Below, piece by piece: positions 49,757 to 59,832 of a DNA stretch of 64,000 nt. Both the position numbers and the translations under genes were made by a program. Origin of the DNA: Candidatus Multivorans sp. (GTDB lineage Bacteria > Acidobacteriota > Thermoanaerobaculia > Multivoradales > Multivoraceae); assembly GCA_965247095.1 (NCBI GenBank), contig OZ251997.1, forward strand, positions 2,144,001 through 2,208,000, written 5' to 3'. Each line of letters begins with the position of its first letter. Positions within the stretch are counted from its first letter, which is position 1. Under the pieces are notes generated by a model that saw only the letters and a program-made list of their open reading frames with translations, made no database searches and was not told the origin of the DNA.

Positions 49757-51502
49757 TCACCGGCCCGCCCCGCGAGCGAGGACGACTTCGCTGCCGCTCG
49801 AAGCGCCGTCGAACTCCTCGACCTCGCCACCGGGCCAGGTCACCTCGAAGCGCTCGACACCGGTGGCTTCGCCGAGGCCGATGTGAACAGGCGCTTCGCC
49901 GCCGGTCAGGTAACCGCCCAGCGGCAAGACGCGGCGCCGAACCGGCCGGCCAGAGGTCCACGCGACGACGGAGGCGCCGAGGGCCGTGCGCCGCAACTCG
50001 GGATCGACCACTCGCAGACGCACCCAGCCGGTCGGGCCTGCGGTCGACTCGTTGCGGTAGATGCGCGCCGGCCCCTCCAGGTTGCTGACCAGGAGGTCGA
50101 GGTCGCCGTCGCCCTCCAGGTCGAACGGCACCAGACCGCGGCTCACGTCCAGCGCCGCGCCGAAGTCGCCCGAGGCGGCGCTGACGTCAACGAAGGCGCC
50201 CGCGCCGTCCCCCAGCATCAGCAGGTTCGGCTCCGCATAGCCCCGCCAGAACCAGTCGTCGCGGTCGGAGAGCGCGGCCGGACGCCGCTTCACCGCGCCG
50301 TTGACCACGGCGAGGTCGAGGTCGCCGTCGTTGTCGGCGTCGAAGAACGCGGTACCGAAGCCCGTGTACGGTGTGCTCGGCGCGGCCAGACCCGCCTCGG
50401 CCGCCAGGTCGTCGAAACCCGCGGATTCTCCCGGCGCACCCCCGAGGTTCACGTACAGGGTGTTCGTCTCCTCGATCAGGTGGCTCAGGAACAGGTCGAG
50501 GTCCAGGTCGCCGTCGATGTCACCCAGTGCTATGCCCATGCCCGCCTCGCCGACCCCGAACCGATTGTAGGCCGCTCCGAGCAGCACCGCGTCGTCCTCG
50601 AAGGTCCCGTCGCCCCGGTTGATCCAGAGCTGGTTCGGGTCGGCATCGTTGGCGACGTAGATGTCGGGCCGGCCGTCGTCGTCGAAGTCGGCGGCCGCGA
50701 CGCCCAGGCCGGCGTCCGCGATCAGCGACACACCGGCATCCCTGCTGCGGTCTACGAAGCGCCGGCCGCCCTCGTTGACGTAGAAGACGTCCGCCTCGCC
50801 CTCGAACTGCTGCGGACCGCAGTAGTCGACCCGCCCGCCCTGCACCTGGCACTCGCGGGCCTCGTTCCACTGGACGTAGCGGGCCACGTAGAGATCGAGC
50901 CAGCCGTCGAAGTCGGCGTCGAAGAACACCGCGGACGTGGACCATGCGGGCGTTGCGAGGCCCAACGCCGCCGTCGCGTCGACGAAGCGGCCGCCGCCCT
51001 CGTTCCGGTAGAGAACATCGGCGCCGAAGTTGGTCACGTAGAGGTCGAGATCGCCGTCGTTGTCGATGTCGCCGACCGCGGCGCCCATGCCGTACCCCGG
51101 GTTGTCGAGCCCGGAGTCCGCGGTCCCGTCGACGAAGCGGCCGCGCGGCCGCTGCAGGTACAGCCGGTTGCGCCCAGCCTCGCCCGTGACCGCGCTGCCG
51201 GCGTTCGGGAAGTAGAGGTCGAGCAGACCGTCGCCGTCGGCATCGAACACCGCCACACCGCCACCCATGATCGCCGGCATCGGAAACGACCCCGCCGAAC
51301 CCGTGGCGTGGACGAAGTCGAGTCCGGTCTCGGCGGTCACGTCGACGAAGCGGATGCCGGCCGGCGTCGCCGCATCCTTGGACGTCGACGGAGCCTCGGC
51401 CGTGACGGACGCCGGATCCCCGTCTGCCTGGGTGCAGCTCCAGGCCGCCAACAGGCTGGCGCCGAGGACGAGAGGCCCTTTCCACCCAGCCGTGGAGATC
51501 AT
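49757..51502 (-). CDS. CRTAC1-family protein (FG-GAP/VCBS propeller + ASPIC/UnbV), probable lipoprotein
   Basis: Repeated DxDxDGxLDL motifs, C-terminal HIGLG...VTWPGG, AWSC lipobox-like. Confidence 0.9.
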   Translation of the reverse strand: MISTAGWKGPLVLGASLLAAWSCTQADGDPASVTAEAPSTSKDAATPAGIRFVDVTAETGLDFVHATGSAGSFPMPAIMGGGVAVFDADGDGLLDLYFPNAGSAVTGEAGRNRLYLQRPRGRFVDGTADSGLDNPGYGMGAAVGDIDNDGDLDLYVTNFGADVLYRNEGGGRFVDATAALGLATPAWSTSAVFFDADFDGWLDLYVARYVQWNEARECQVQGGRVDYCGPQQFEGEADVFYVNEGGRRFVDRSRDAGVSLIADAGLGVAAADFDDDGRPDIYVANDADPNQLWINRGDGTFEDDAVLLGAAYNRFGVGEAGMGIALGDIDGDLDLDLFLSHLIEETNTLYVNLGGAPGESAGFDDLAAEAGLAAPSTPYTGFGTAFFDADNDGDLDLAVVNGAVKRRPAALSDRDDWFWRGYAEPNLLMLGDGAGAFVDVSAASGDFGAALDVSRGLVPFDLEGDGDLDLLVSNLEGPARIYRNESTAGPTGWVRLRVVDPELRRTALGASVVAWTSGRPVRRRVLPLGGYLTGGEAPVHIGLGEATGVERFEVTWPGGEVEEFDGASSGSEVVLARGAGR

Positions 51503-52182
51503 CAGTTGACCCCGACGGCCGTCTCGGCTTCCGGCCGGCGGCGCCGGCGGGCGTAGCGCTGGATCATCCCGAGCATCGTGGCTTCGTCGTGGATGCCGCA
51601 CAGCGGGAAGGCGTCGAACATCAGGGTCGGTGCACCCTCCACGCCGGCCGCTGCTGCGCTGCGCGTGGCAACTGCCAGGCGGCGGCCGGCGGCCAGGTCG
51701 TCGAGCGAGGCGACGCCGTGCGTCCCGAAGTGGCCGCGACGCTCGAAGTTGCGGAAGAGCTGCTCGACTGCGACGGCCGCGGCAACCTGCTCGTAAAACG
51801 CCGCGAACGCGGCCTGCCGCCACTCCCGCTCGACTGCCGGGTCGAGTCCGCGGTCGATCGCGGTGTCAAGGGCCAGCGCCACCTCGCCGGCCAGACGCGA
51901 GTCCGGCCAGCGGGCCGGGGGATCGAGCTCCACCTTCAATGCCGAGGCAACCTCGATGAGGCTACGCCGGCGCTCGGCGTCCAGCAGCCGCCCGCGCTGG
52001 AAGCGGCCGATCCCGGTCAGATCGATCGCCTTCCAGCGCAGCTCGATCCGTTCCTCCGCAAGCTCCCCGTCGATCCGCGCCAACACCCGGTGGGCGACGT
52101 AGCTCAGGCAGGACGCGAAGTCGTAGTACACGAAGACCTCGAGCGGCGCGTCTCCGGCGCCCGGCCGGTCCTCGCCGCTCAA
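51502..52182 (-). CDS. DsbA/FrnE/HCCA-isomerase-like thioredoxin-fold protein
   Basis: VFVYYDFASCLSY, GVEGAPT. Confidence 0.72.
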   Translation of the reverse strand: MSGEDRPGAGDAPLEVFVYYDFASCLSYVAHRVLARIDGELAEERIELRWKAIDLTGIGRFQRGRLLDAERRRSLIEVASALKVELDPPARWPDSRLAGEVALALDTAIDRGLDPAVEREWRQAAFAAFYEQVAAAVAVEQLFRNFERRGHFGTHGVASLDDLAAGRRLAVATRSAAAAGVEGAPTLMFDAFPLCGIHDEATMLGMIQRYARRRRRPEAETAVGVN

Positions 52183-53204
52183 GTCCCGTAGCCCTCCAGG
52201 TTCTCGCTCTGCCAGCGCCAGGCATCGGCGCAGATGTCGTCGAGACCGCGCTCCGCCCTCCAGTTCAGCTCACGCTCGGCGAGCGCGGGATCCGCCCAAA
52301 CCGCCGTCGCGTCACCCGGCCGCCGGGGCTCCAGAACGCATGGCACTTCGCGGCCGCTGGCCCGGCGGACGGCCTCGATCACCTCGAACACCGTGGCGCC
52401 GCGACCTGTGCCCAGGTTGTACTCGGCGCAACCGCCAACGGCCGGCAAACGGTCCAGGGCCCGCAGGTGCCCGGTCGCGACATCGACGACGTGAAGATAG
52501 TCCCGGATCGCCGTGCCGTCCCGGGTCGGATAGTCCGTTCCGAAGACGCGAAGCTGCGGCAGCCTGCCGACGGCGACCTGCATCGCGCTCGGCAGCAGGT
52601 TCTCGGGGACGCCCCGCGGATCCTCACCGATGCGGCCGCTTGGATGGGCCCCGGCTGGATTGAAGTAGCGCAGCGACACGATGTGCCAGCCGTCCTCCGA
52701 CGCCGCAAGGTCGCGCAGCATCCGCTCGACGCAGAGCTTCGTGTACCCGTAGGGGTTCGACGCCGCAAGCGGCGCGCTCTCGGACAACGGGCACGCCTCC
52801 GGCGCCGGGTCGCCATAGACCGTCGCCGACGACGAGAACACGAGCCGGCGCACGTCGCGGCGCCGCATCGCCCGCAGCAGACTGAGCGTACCGCCCACGT
52901 TCGTGCGGTAGTAGCCGAGTGGATCCGCGCAGGACTCGCCAACCGCCTTCCTGGCGGCGAAGTGGATCACCGCCGCGCAGCCGCCCCCACCGAACGCCTC
53001 GTCCAGCGCCGCGTCGTCCAGCACGTCCCCTTCGACGAACCGCAGCCCGCGCCCGGCCAGCTCCTCCACTCGCCGCAGAGCCTCCCGCGAACTGTTCGAC
53101 AGGTCGTCGATCACCGTCACGTCCCAGCCCGCCGCCAGCAGCTCGACACACGTGTGGCTGCCGATGAAACCGGCCCCGCCGGTGACCAGAACGCGCTCCG
53201 CCAT
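52179..53204 (-). CDS. galE: UDP-glucose 4-epimerase
   Basis: TGGAGFIGSH, KAVGES, SSSATVYG, YGYTK, LRYFNP, RDYLHV. Confidence 0.96.
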   Translation of the reverse strand: MAERVLVTGGAGFIGSHTCVELLAAGWDVTVIDDLSNSSREALRRVEELAGRGLRFVEGDVLDDAALDEAFGGGGCAAVIHFAARKAVGESCADPLGYYRTNVGGTLSLLRAMRRRDVRRLVFSSSATVYGDPAPEACPLSESAPLAASNPYGYTKLCVERMLRDLAASEDGWHIVSLRYFNPAGAHPSGRIGEDPRGVPENLLPSAMQVAVGRLPQLRVFGTDYPTRDGTAIRDYLHVVDVATGHLRALDRLPAVGGCAEYNLGTGRGATVFEVIEAVRRASGREVPCVLEPRRPGDATAVWADPALAERELNWRAERGLDDICADAWRWQSENLEGYGT

Positions 53205-53259
53205 GAGCCGGAGTCTATTGGCGGCCGCCCGGCCGGTAGACTGCCACCGAGGCGGCAAC

Positions 53260-53649
53260 ATGGCACAGCGATCGCAGGACTGGTGGAATCAGGCACGGCG
53301 CGACCTGGAGACCGCCGCGGAGAACCGGGCGAACGGCCGTCACGAATGGGCCTGCTTCGCCGCTCACCAGGCCGCGGAGAAGGCTGTCGAAGCCCTGCAC
53401 CTCGCCCACGGCCAGGAAGCCTGGGGTCACGTCGTGGCGCGGTTACTGACCGAGTTGCCAACGCCCGCGCCGGAGGAACTCATCGCCAGCGGCAAGGTAC
53501 TGGACAACTTCTACGTCCCGGCCCGGTATCCGAACGGCCACGCCGAAGGCGCGCCGTTCGAGCACTACGGTCCAATCCAGAGCGAACTGGGGCTGACTCA
53601 TGCCCGTTACATCCTCGACTTCGTCGATCAAGCGCTGGCCGAGCGCTGA
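53260..53649 (+). CDS. HEPN domain protein
   Basis: DWWNQARRDL, WACFAAHQAAEKA, WGH, YVPARYP. Confidence 0.9.
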   Translation: MAQRSQDWWNQARRDLETAAENRANGRHEWACFAAHQAAEKAVEALHLAHGQEAWGHVVARLLTELPTPAPEELIASGKVLDNFYVPARYPNGHAEGAPFEHYGPIQSELGLTHARYILDFVDQALAER

Positions 53650-53971
53650 GGTTGTCCTGAGCGCGCTCAAGAACTGGAGTGCGGCGGCGGCCGAGGATCG
53701 CGATGACCTGATCGCCCTCGGCTACTTCGGCTCCTACGCCCGTGGCGACGCGGGCTTCGCCAGCGACCTGGATCTGATCGCGATCGTCCTGCGGGACGAT
53801 CGACCCGCGATGGACAGAGCCGGTGACTGGTCGACGGAGAAGCTACCGATTCCAACCGATCTGCTCGTGTACACCGCCGACGAGTGGGCGCGCCTGCAAG
53901 CCGAGGATGGCCGATTCGCGCGAACGCTCGCCGCTGACGTACGGTGGCTGGTAAGACCCGAGGCACCTTAG
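53600..53971 (+). CDS. Minimal nucleotidyltransferase (MNT)
   Basis: FGSYARGD...SDLDL, DLLVYT; overlaps the HEPN gene. Confidence 0.88.
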   Translation: MPVTSSTSSIKRWPSAEVVLSALKNWSAAAAEDRDDLIALGYFGSYARGDAGFASDLDLIAIVLRDDRPAMDRAGDWSTEKLPIPTDLLVYTADEWARLQAEDGRFARTLAADVRWLVRPEAP

Positions 53972-54089
53972 CGGCCGCCCTTTCGCCAGCCACATGGAAC
54001 CAACAGCGATGTTCTGGCGCTAACGGTCTTCCGGCACCGGCACCGCGGCGGTCCTTGCTTCAAGATTGACGGGAGCGACCGCCGCGCCG

Positions 54090-54530
54090 TCACGGATGAC
54101 GACGCCCAGAACGTCGATCTCGGGCGCGGAGCGCAGGAAGGTAGCGGGTCGCCCGACCGGCCTCAACTCTGCGCAGCGGCGGCAGCAGCGTGTCCGTCGC
54201 CGGCCCGACCAGTAGAAGGGCCTCGGGCGCGGAACCTCCGCGACGTACCCGGACCCAACGCACGCCGGGCTCGGCGACCTCGAACGTGAAGCGGCCGTCT
54301 TGCGCCTGAACCGTCGCTTCGACGGGGTGGAGGCCGCCTGGACCGTCGTTCAGCACGGCGGCGAGCAGCTCGTAGAGCATCGGTGCCCGAACCAGGGAAA
54401 CCTCCACCGTGGCACCTTCCGGGGCGCCCTTCAGCGAGCCCCGCACTTCCACCGCCGCCGAGGCGCTGTGCGTGGCGGCGAACACGCCGACGCAGACTAC
54501 CGCGGCCGCCCGGTACCAGGCAGCAGTCAA
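54090..54530 (-). pseudogene. Truncated paralog of the N-terminus of the upstream carboxypeptidase-regulatory repeat protein
   Basis: Signal peptide plus GRFTFEVAEPGV...GPATDTLL, aligning with [12 protein letters not shown]...GPETDMRL; ends after about 125 aa. Confidence 0.6.
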
Positions 54531-54568
54531 CCGGCGCTCAGCACACGTGACAACACTTCTGCAAGAGC

Positions 54569-57500
54569 TTATGGATCCCGGACCGCCAGCGTCACATCCA
54601 CCTCGCCGGCCCCAAGGTCCACCGAAGCGGCCCCCAGTTCGGCTCCGGTGCTCAACCCACGTCGGGGCTCGCCAACCACCAACCGGTAGGGCGCCCTGAA
54701 GAGACCGCTCATCGCAAAGGAACCGTCCTCGGCAGTCCGTGTCGTCCGCATCAGGCCATGGTGCCGCGCCGTCTCAGCCGGCACGTTGGCGGGCGCCGCC
54801 GAAACTTCGAGGTTCGCCGCAGGCACGCCCGTTGACTCCGAGATGAGCCTGCCGCGGAGCGAAGCGGTCAGGACATCGAAATCGAGCCGCTTCGCAGTCT
54901 CGCCTCGCACTCGGACCGTCTTGCTCTGACCCACCGCGGCCACCCTGACCTCCGCGCCTTTCTCCAGACCATCGACTGTGAACGCGCCCCGGTGATCGGT
55001 CCACACGGTCCAGGGCGCGGGCCGCTGCGCGTCAAAGACCAGGACCGCTTCGCCGGCCCACGGTCCGCCGTCGACGGTCACAAGGCCCTCTATCTTCCCG
55101 TCCTTCTCGCCGTCGAACGCGATCTCCACTTCGGTCACCGTCCCGGAGTCAAGCTCGACCGTTCGCCGCCGCTCGCGGCCCGACGACGAAACGGCGGCCA
55201 CCACAGTCACAGCGCCCGATCGCATGCCCGATCCTTCGAAGATGGCGCCGGCTTCCTGCCCGGCGCGCTGCAACGACCAGCGCCCGGCATGGACCTGAAG
55301 CTCATTCTCCTCAGCCAGTGTCAGACCAAGGACGTGAACCCGCAAGCCGGCGCGCTCCCGGTCGCGCACTGTCACCACGACATAGGGGCGATCGCCGGCT
55401 TCCACCACGATCTCCTCGGTCCCCAATCCCACTCCGCCATCAGGCCCTGGGTACACGACGACGCTCTGGCGGCCTGGGAAGACCTCCAACTCGAACCGGC
55501 CCTCTTCGTCGCTCACCGTGCTCGGACCGAAAGGACCCGGGTTGGCAGTCACCATCGTTTCGCCGAACGGACTGCCGTCCTCACGCTGTGCCCTGCCGCT
55601 AAGGACGACCGGCGTCAAGTCCACCACGACCTCATTGACTCCAGGCTCAAGTTGCAGCCAACGCTCGAGCACCCACGCCGACGCACTCGGAAGCCACACA
55701 TCGAGACGGGCGTCGCCGGCCGGAGCTTGAAGCACGAAACGGCCGGAGGCGTCGGCGTGCGCCTCCCTGCGCGCGACCTGGATGCGGGCCCCAACCACGG
55801 GCGCGCCATTCCTGACCACGACGCCCTCGACCGTGGCGCCGCCACGGCTGAGGGCGATCTCTATCGGCTGTCGAGGCCGCGCCTCCAAGCGGCGGTGGAC
55901 CGCCTCGTAGGCCCTGGCGTCCACGCGCAAGACGCCCGCTCGATCCGGAACGCCGCGCAGGACGAACTTACCGTCCGGCGCCGACTGCTGGAGCGCCGAC
56001 GCGCCGCCCCCTTCCGGCACGAAGCGCACGAGGGCCTCCTCGACACTCTCGCCGGTCGACTCGTCCGTCAGATGAACGTGCAGTTCCACGCCCGTTTCCA
56101 ACTCGATGTCAAACGGCGCAGCCGCGGACGCCTGGTCGATCCGAACTCGCGGTAGTTCCCTGTACACGTACCCGCCCGCCTGGACCCCGAGGTCCAGGAG
56201 ATCGCCGTCACTCAGACCGTCGATCTCGAAACGGCCCGTCTCGTCCGAAACGGTGGACGCCACCGGCCGAAGAGACCGACCGCCCGGTCCGCTTCGGCTC
56301 CGCTGGCTGCGCGCGAAGCTCAGCTCCGCGCCTGCGATCGGGCGTCCGCCCTCGTCCGTAACGACTCCACCGAGGGACAGCCCCGGCTCGACGATCACGT
56401 CGCCCACGTCGAGCGGCTCGCTGCCGGCGCTCTCGATCGCTCGCCAAGTCGGCGTGTAGCCTGGAGCGGAGACGACGAGCCACTGGTTGCGGCCCGGTCT
56501 GACATCGGCGAAGACAAAGGCACCCCGGTCGTCCGCTGCGACCAACTCCAGTACGCTTGCCCCGCCGGCAGGCCACGCGCGACTCGGCTCCCACCAGCAC
56601 TCGACGGCGCCGACGAGCAACCCGGCGCCCGGCTGGGCGGCGCTGCGAACGATCGCGGCTGATCCCCGGAGGCCCTCGCCGCGGGGCGAAACCACGCGGC
56701 CCGTCAAGCCGGTCGGTCTTGCCAGCTCAAGCGCTACCGGCGACTTCAAGGGATCCACTCGAAGACCCTGCGAGCGGAACCCAGTCGCCGACGCGGCGAA
56801 TCCGGCCTGCCGCCGTGACCCCGGCAAATGGACCACAAAGCCGCCCTGCTCCGTCGTACGCGCCTGCCTGCGCGCCCCGTCTGGATCGCCGGCTGAAACG
56901 AGCACTTCCGCGTCGGCGATCCCGACCCCGTCGCGGTCCACTACCGTGCCCTCAATCGACCGAAGCGGACTCAGCCCGGGATCGCTGGGGGGGTTCTCCC
57001 AATCGATGGACAGCGTCTCGTAGCCGAACGCCATCACCGTGGTCCTGACCGCATCCGGGTGCCGAACCACACGGAGGCTCTCGGCGCCGGACCCGGCGGC
57101 CACGAACTTCACGACGTCCGATCCCAGGAGTTGTCCGTTCGCGAACCAGTGAGCGATGTGGGCCGCCGCGCTGGAAGGAGCGCTGCCGGCGCGGCCGGAC
57201 CGGACGCGGACTTCGACCGCAGGCCCGGCGGCGACCGGCAGCGGCACCTCGTATCGGCCGGCTTCACGCACCCTGATCCCGATCTCCGCATGATCCGCAG
57301 TGACCACCGAGTAGGAAGCGCGACGCGCACGGCAGCGACCGAGGTCGTCGGTCATGCACTCCGGCCAACCGTCTTCGGCGACCAGCACCGCCGCGGTTAG
57401 CGGCTCTCCCCCACGCTCCAAGACCACATCCACCGGGGCGCCGGGCCGGAAGGGCAAACGCACCGCCACCTCTCGGCCCGGTTCGCACATGTACGTCATC

Positions 57501-58090
57501 GGCTCACGCCCGGGGGCACCCACGACCACTTTGGCTCGCCCTTGAGACGCATCGAACCTGTAGGTCCATGCCCTTGCACGCTCGAGCCGCACCCACGGCC
57601 TCCACCGCTCCCAGACCTTCGGCCCTCCGGACCGACGGTCAAGCGGCCTGCCGTCGACCCAGGCCAACGCCGGGGCCTCCAGCACTAGCCGGCACGCATG
57701 CCGCGACCGGATACCACTCGGCCGCAAGCGCATGTCGGTCTCCGGGCCGGTCAGTCCGAAACCGCCGAACCATCCGTCGCGCGTCCCGACCAGCAAGCGC
57801 CAAACACCCGGCTCCGGTGCTTCGAACGCGAACCCTCCGTTCGCCTGAACCTGAACCGGCGTCCCGGAGGGCGTTTCGAACGTCCCATCGGCCATTCCCG
57901 CCAATCGCTCGTACCGGGACAGTCTGGGCGCGAGCTGGAGGAGGACAGGCTGCGCCCCTGCTTCGCGCTCGATGACGCCCGAAACCCGCACTCCCGCAGC
58001 CTCCAGGTCTCCGGACGAAGAGAACAAGAGCAACACGAGCGCAGCACATCGCGCGGCATGGGCCTCCTGCGATCCGCCTCTCCCGCGCAT
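54569..58090 (-). CDS. Exported carboxypeptidase-regulatory-like (Cna-B/transthyretin-like) repeat protein
   Basis: Repeated GxVxDxxGxPIxGA...TDxxGxF...AxGY units; ATG 58090 with upstream GAGG and a signal-like segment. Confidence 0.8.
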   Translation of the reverse strand: MRGRGGSQEAHAARCAALVLLLFSSSGDLEAAGVRVSGVIEREAGAQPVLLQLAPRLSRYERLAGMADGTFETPSGTPVQVQANGGFAFEAPEPGVWRLLVGTRDGWFGGFGLTGPETDMRLRPSGIRSRHACRLVLEAPALAWVDGRPLDRRSGGPKVWERWRPWVRLERARAWTYRFDASQGRAKVVVGAPGREPMTYMCEPGREVAVRLPFRPGAPVDVVLERGGEPLTAAVLVAEDGWPECMTDDLGRCRARRASYSVVTADHAEIGIRVREAGRYEVPLPVAAGPAVEVRVRSGRAGSAPSSAAAHIAHWFANGQLLGSDVVKFVAAGSGAESLRVVRHPDAVRTTVMAFGYETLSIDWENPPSDPGLSPLRSIEGTVVDRDGVGIADAEVLVSAGDPDGARRQARTTEQGGFVVHLPGSRRQAGFAASATGFRSQGLRVDPLKSPVALELARPTGLTGRVVSPRGEGLRGSAAIVRSAAQPGAGLLVGAVECWWEPSRAWPAGGASVLELVAADDRGAFVFADVRPGRNQWLVVSAPGYTPTWRAIESAGSEPLDVGDVIVEPGLSLGGVVTDEGGRPIAGAELSFARSQRSRSGPGGRSLRPVASTVSDETGRFEIDGLSDGDLLDLGVQAGGYVYRELPRVRIDQASAAAPFDIELETGVELHVHLTDESTGESVEEALVRFVPEGGGASALQQSAPDGKFVLRGVPDRAGVLRVDARAYEAVHRRLEARPRQPIEIALSRGGATVEGVVVRNGAPVVGARIQVARREAHADASGRFVLQAPAGDARLDVWLPSASAWVLERWLQLEPGVNEVVVDLTPVVLSGRAQREDGSPFGETMVTANPGPFGPSTVSDEEGRFELEVFPGRQSVVVYPGPDGGVGLGTEEIVVEAGDRPYVVVTVRDRERAGLRVHVLGLTLAEENELQVHAGRWSLQRAGQEAGAIFEGSGMRSGAVTVVAAVSSSGRERRRTVELDSGTVTEVEIAFDGEKDGKIEGLVTVDGGPWAGEAVLVFDAQRPAPWTVWTDHRGAFTVDGLEKGAEVRVAAVGQSKTVRVRGETAKRLDFDVLTASLRGRLISESTGVPAANLEVSAAPANVPAETARHHGLMRTTRTAEDGSFAMSGLFRAPYRLVVGEPRRGLSTGAELGAASVDLGAGEVDVTLAVRDP

Positions 58091-58254
58091 GTCCCTACCT
58101 CTGCTATGCAGTTGCGATGGTGTCTGCCCATCTGGGTCTGAAAGCGACTCGTCGACTCTATCGGTACCGCACTCACTGGGACGCGACCCCTGGACCGCCC
58201 GCATCGCTGGGCGGTGCTACGATCGCGCGCCGGATTCTGGGAGGAAACCAAGCC

Positions 58255-59235
58255 ATGCAGACACCCGTTCGAGTCGCCGTCACCGGGGCCGCCGGTCAGA
58301 TCGGCTATTCCCTGATCTTCCGTATCGCCGCCGGCGAGATGCTGGGGCCGGACCAGCCGGTGAGCCTTCATCTATTGGAGATCCCGCCGGCGATGGACAC
58401 CCTCGCGGGCGTGGTCATGGAGCTCCGCGACTCCGCCTATCCCCTCCTGCACGACATCGTGCCCAGTTCCGACGCTGCCGAGGCCTTCGACGGCGTGGAC
58501 ATCGCCATGCTGGTCGGCGCACGGCCGCGCGGACCGGGCATGGAGCGCAAGGATCTGCTGCAGGCGAACGCCCAGATCTTCTCGGTCCAGGGCAAGGCGC
58601 TCGACCAGGGCGCCAGCCGTGACGTGCGGGTGGTGGTCGTCGGCAACCCGGCCAACACGAATGCCCTGATCGCGGCCAGCAACGCACCGAGCCTCGACCG
58701 GAGGCAGTTCACCGCGATGACCCGGCTCGACCACAACCGGGCGATCAGCCAGCTCGCCGAGAAGACGGGCGCTCACACCACCCAGGTGCGCCGGATGACG
58801 ATCTGGGGCAACCATTCGGCGACCCAGTACCCGGACCTCACCCATGCCCTGGTCCACGGCAAGCCGGCGCCCGAACTGGTCGACGAAGCCTGGACGCGCG
58901 AGGAGTTCATTCCCACCGTCCAGCAGCGCGGCGCGGCGATCATCAAGGCCCGCGGCGCCTCGTCCGCGGCCTCTGCGGCGGCCGCGGCGATCGACCACAT
59001 CCGCACCTGGGTGCAGGGCACCGCCGACGGCGACTGGGTGAGCATGGCGATCCCCGCCGACGGCAGCTACGGGGCCAGGGAAGGCGTGGTCTACTCCTTC
59101 CCGGTCACCACGAGCGGCGGCGACTACCAGATCGTCCAGGGTCTTGACATCGACGAGTTCAGCCGCGGGCGGATGCAGGGGACCCAGGACGAGTTGTTCG
59201 AAGAGCGCGCCGGCGTCGAAGAACTCCTTCCGTAG
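58255..59235 (+). CDS. mdh: Malate dehydrogenase (MDH type 2)
   Basis: [41 protein letters not shown]. Confidence 0.96.
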   Translation: MQTPVRVAVTGAAGQIGYSLIFRIAAGEMLGPDQPVSLHLLEIPPAMDTLAGVVMELRDSAYPLLHDIVPSSDAAEAFDGVDIAMLVGARPRGPGMERKDLLQANAQIFSVQGKALDQGASRDVRVVVVGNPANTNALIAASNAPSLDRRQFTAMTRLDHNRAISQLAEKTGAHTTQVRRMTIWGNHSATQYPDLTHALVHGKPAPELVDEAWTREEFIPTVQQRGAAIIKARGASSAASAAAAAIDHIRTWVQGTADGDWVSMAIPADGSYGAREGVVYSFPVTTSGGDYQIVQGLDIDEFSRGRMQGTQDELFEERAGVEELLP

Positions 59236-59304
59236 GGAACTGCCCGGGGTGCGGCGCTATGCTGACGCCGCGTCCAGTTCCAATTGCCCAACACAGAGGA
59301 CACG

Positions 59305-59832
59305 ATGGACCAGACACTCCACGACCGTCTGAATGCACACCTCCAACTCGAGTTCGAGGCCGCCCACCGCTATTTGTCGATGGCGCTCTGGCTCGAGCGA
59401 ATCGATCTTCCCGGTTTCGGCGCCTGGCTGCGCGGTCAGTCCGCCGACGAGCTGAGTCACGCTCACCGAATCATCGACCACCTCGCCGACCGCGATCTGC
59501 TGGTCAGCATCCCCGCGATTCCGGCCCAGCCGACGGAATGGGAATCGCCCGAGGCCGCGGTCGCCGCGATCCTCGAGAGCGAGCAGCGGGTGACCAAGGC
59601 GATCGAGGACCTCTACGACCTCTCCGAGAGCCTCCACGACCGCGCCGCATCGATCATGCTCCAGTGGTTCATCAACGAGCAGGTCGAGGAGGAGAACGTC
59701 GCCCGCACCCTGCTCGGCAGGTTGCGGCTGATCAAGGGCGACGGCGTCGGTATGCTGATGATTGATCAGGAACTGGCCACGGGCACCGTGCCCGGCGCGA
59801 TGGCGGCAGCCGGCGCCAGCGGCGCCGAATGA
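59305..59832 (+). CDS. ftnA: Non-heme ferritin
   Basis: E...YLSM, DELSH, ESEQRVT, LQWFINEQVEEE ferroxidase ligands. Confidence 0.88.
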   Translation: MDQTLHDRLNAHLQLEFEAAHRYLSMALWLERIDLPGFGAWLRGQSADELSHAHRIIDHLADRDLLVSIPAIPAQPTEWESPEAAVAAILESEQRVTKAIEDLYDLSESLHDRAASIMLQWFINEQVEEENVARTLLGRLRLIKGDGVGMLMIDQELATGTVPGAMAAAGASGAE

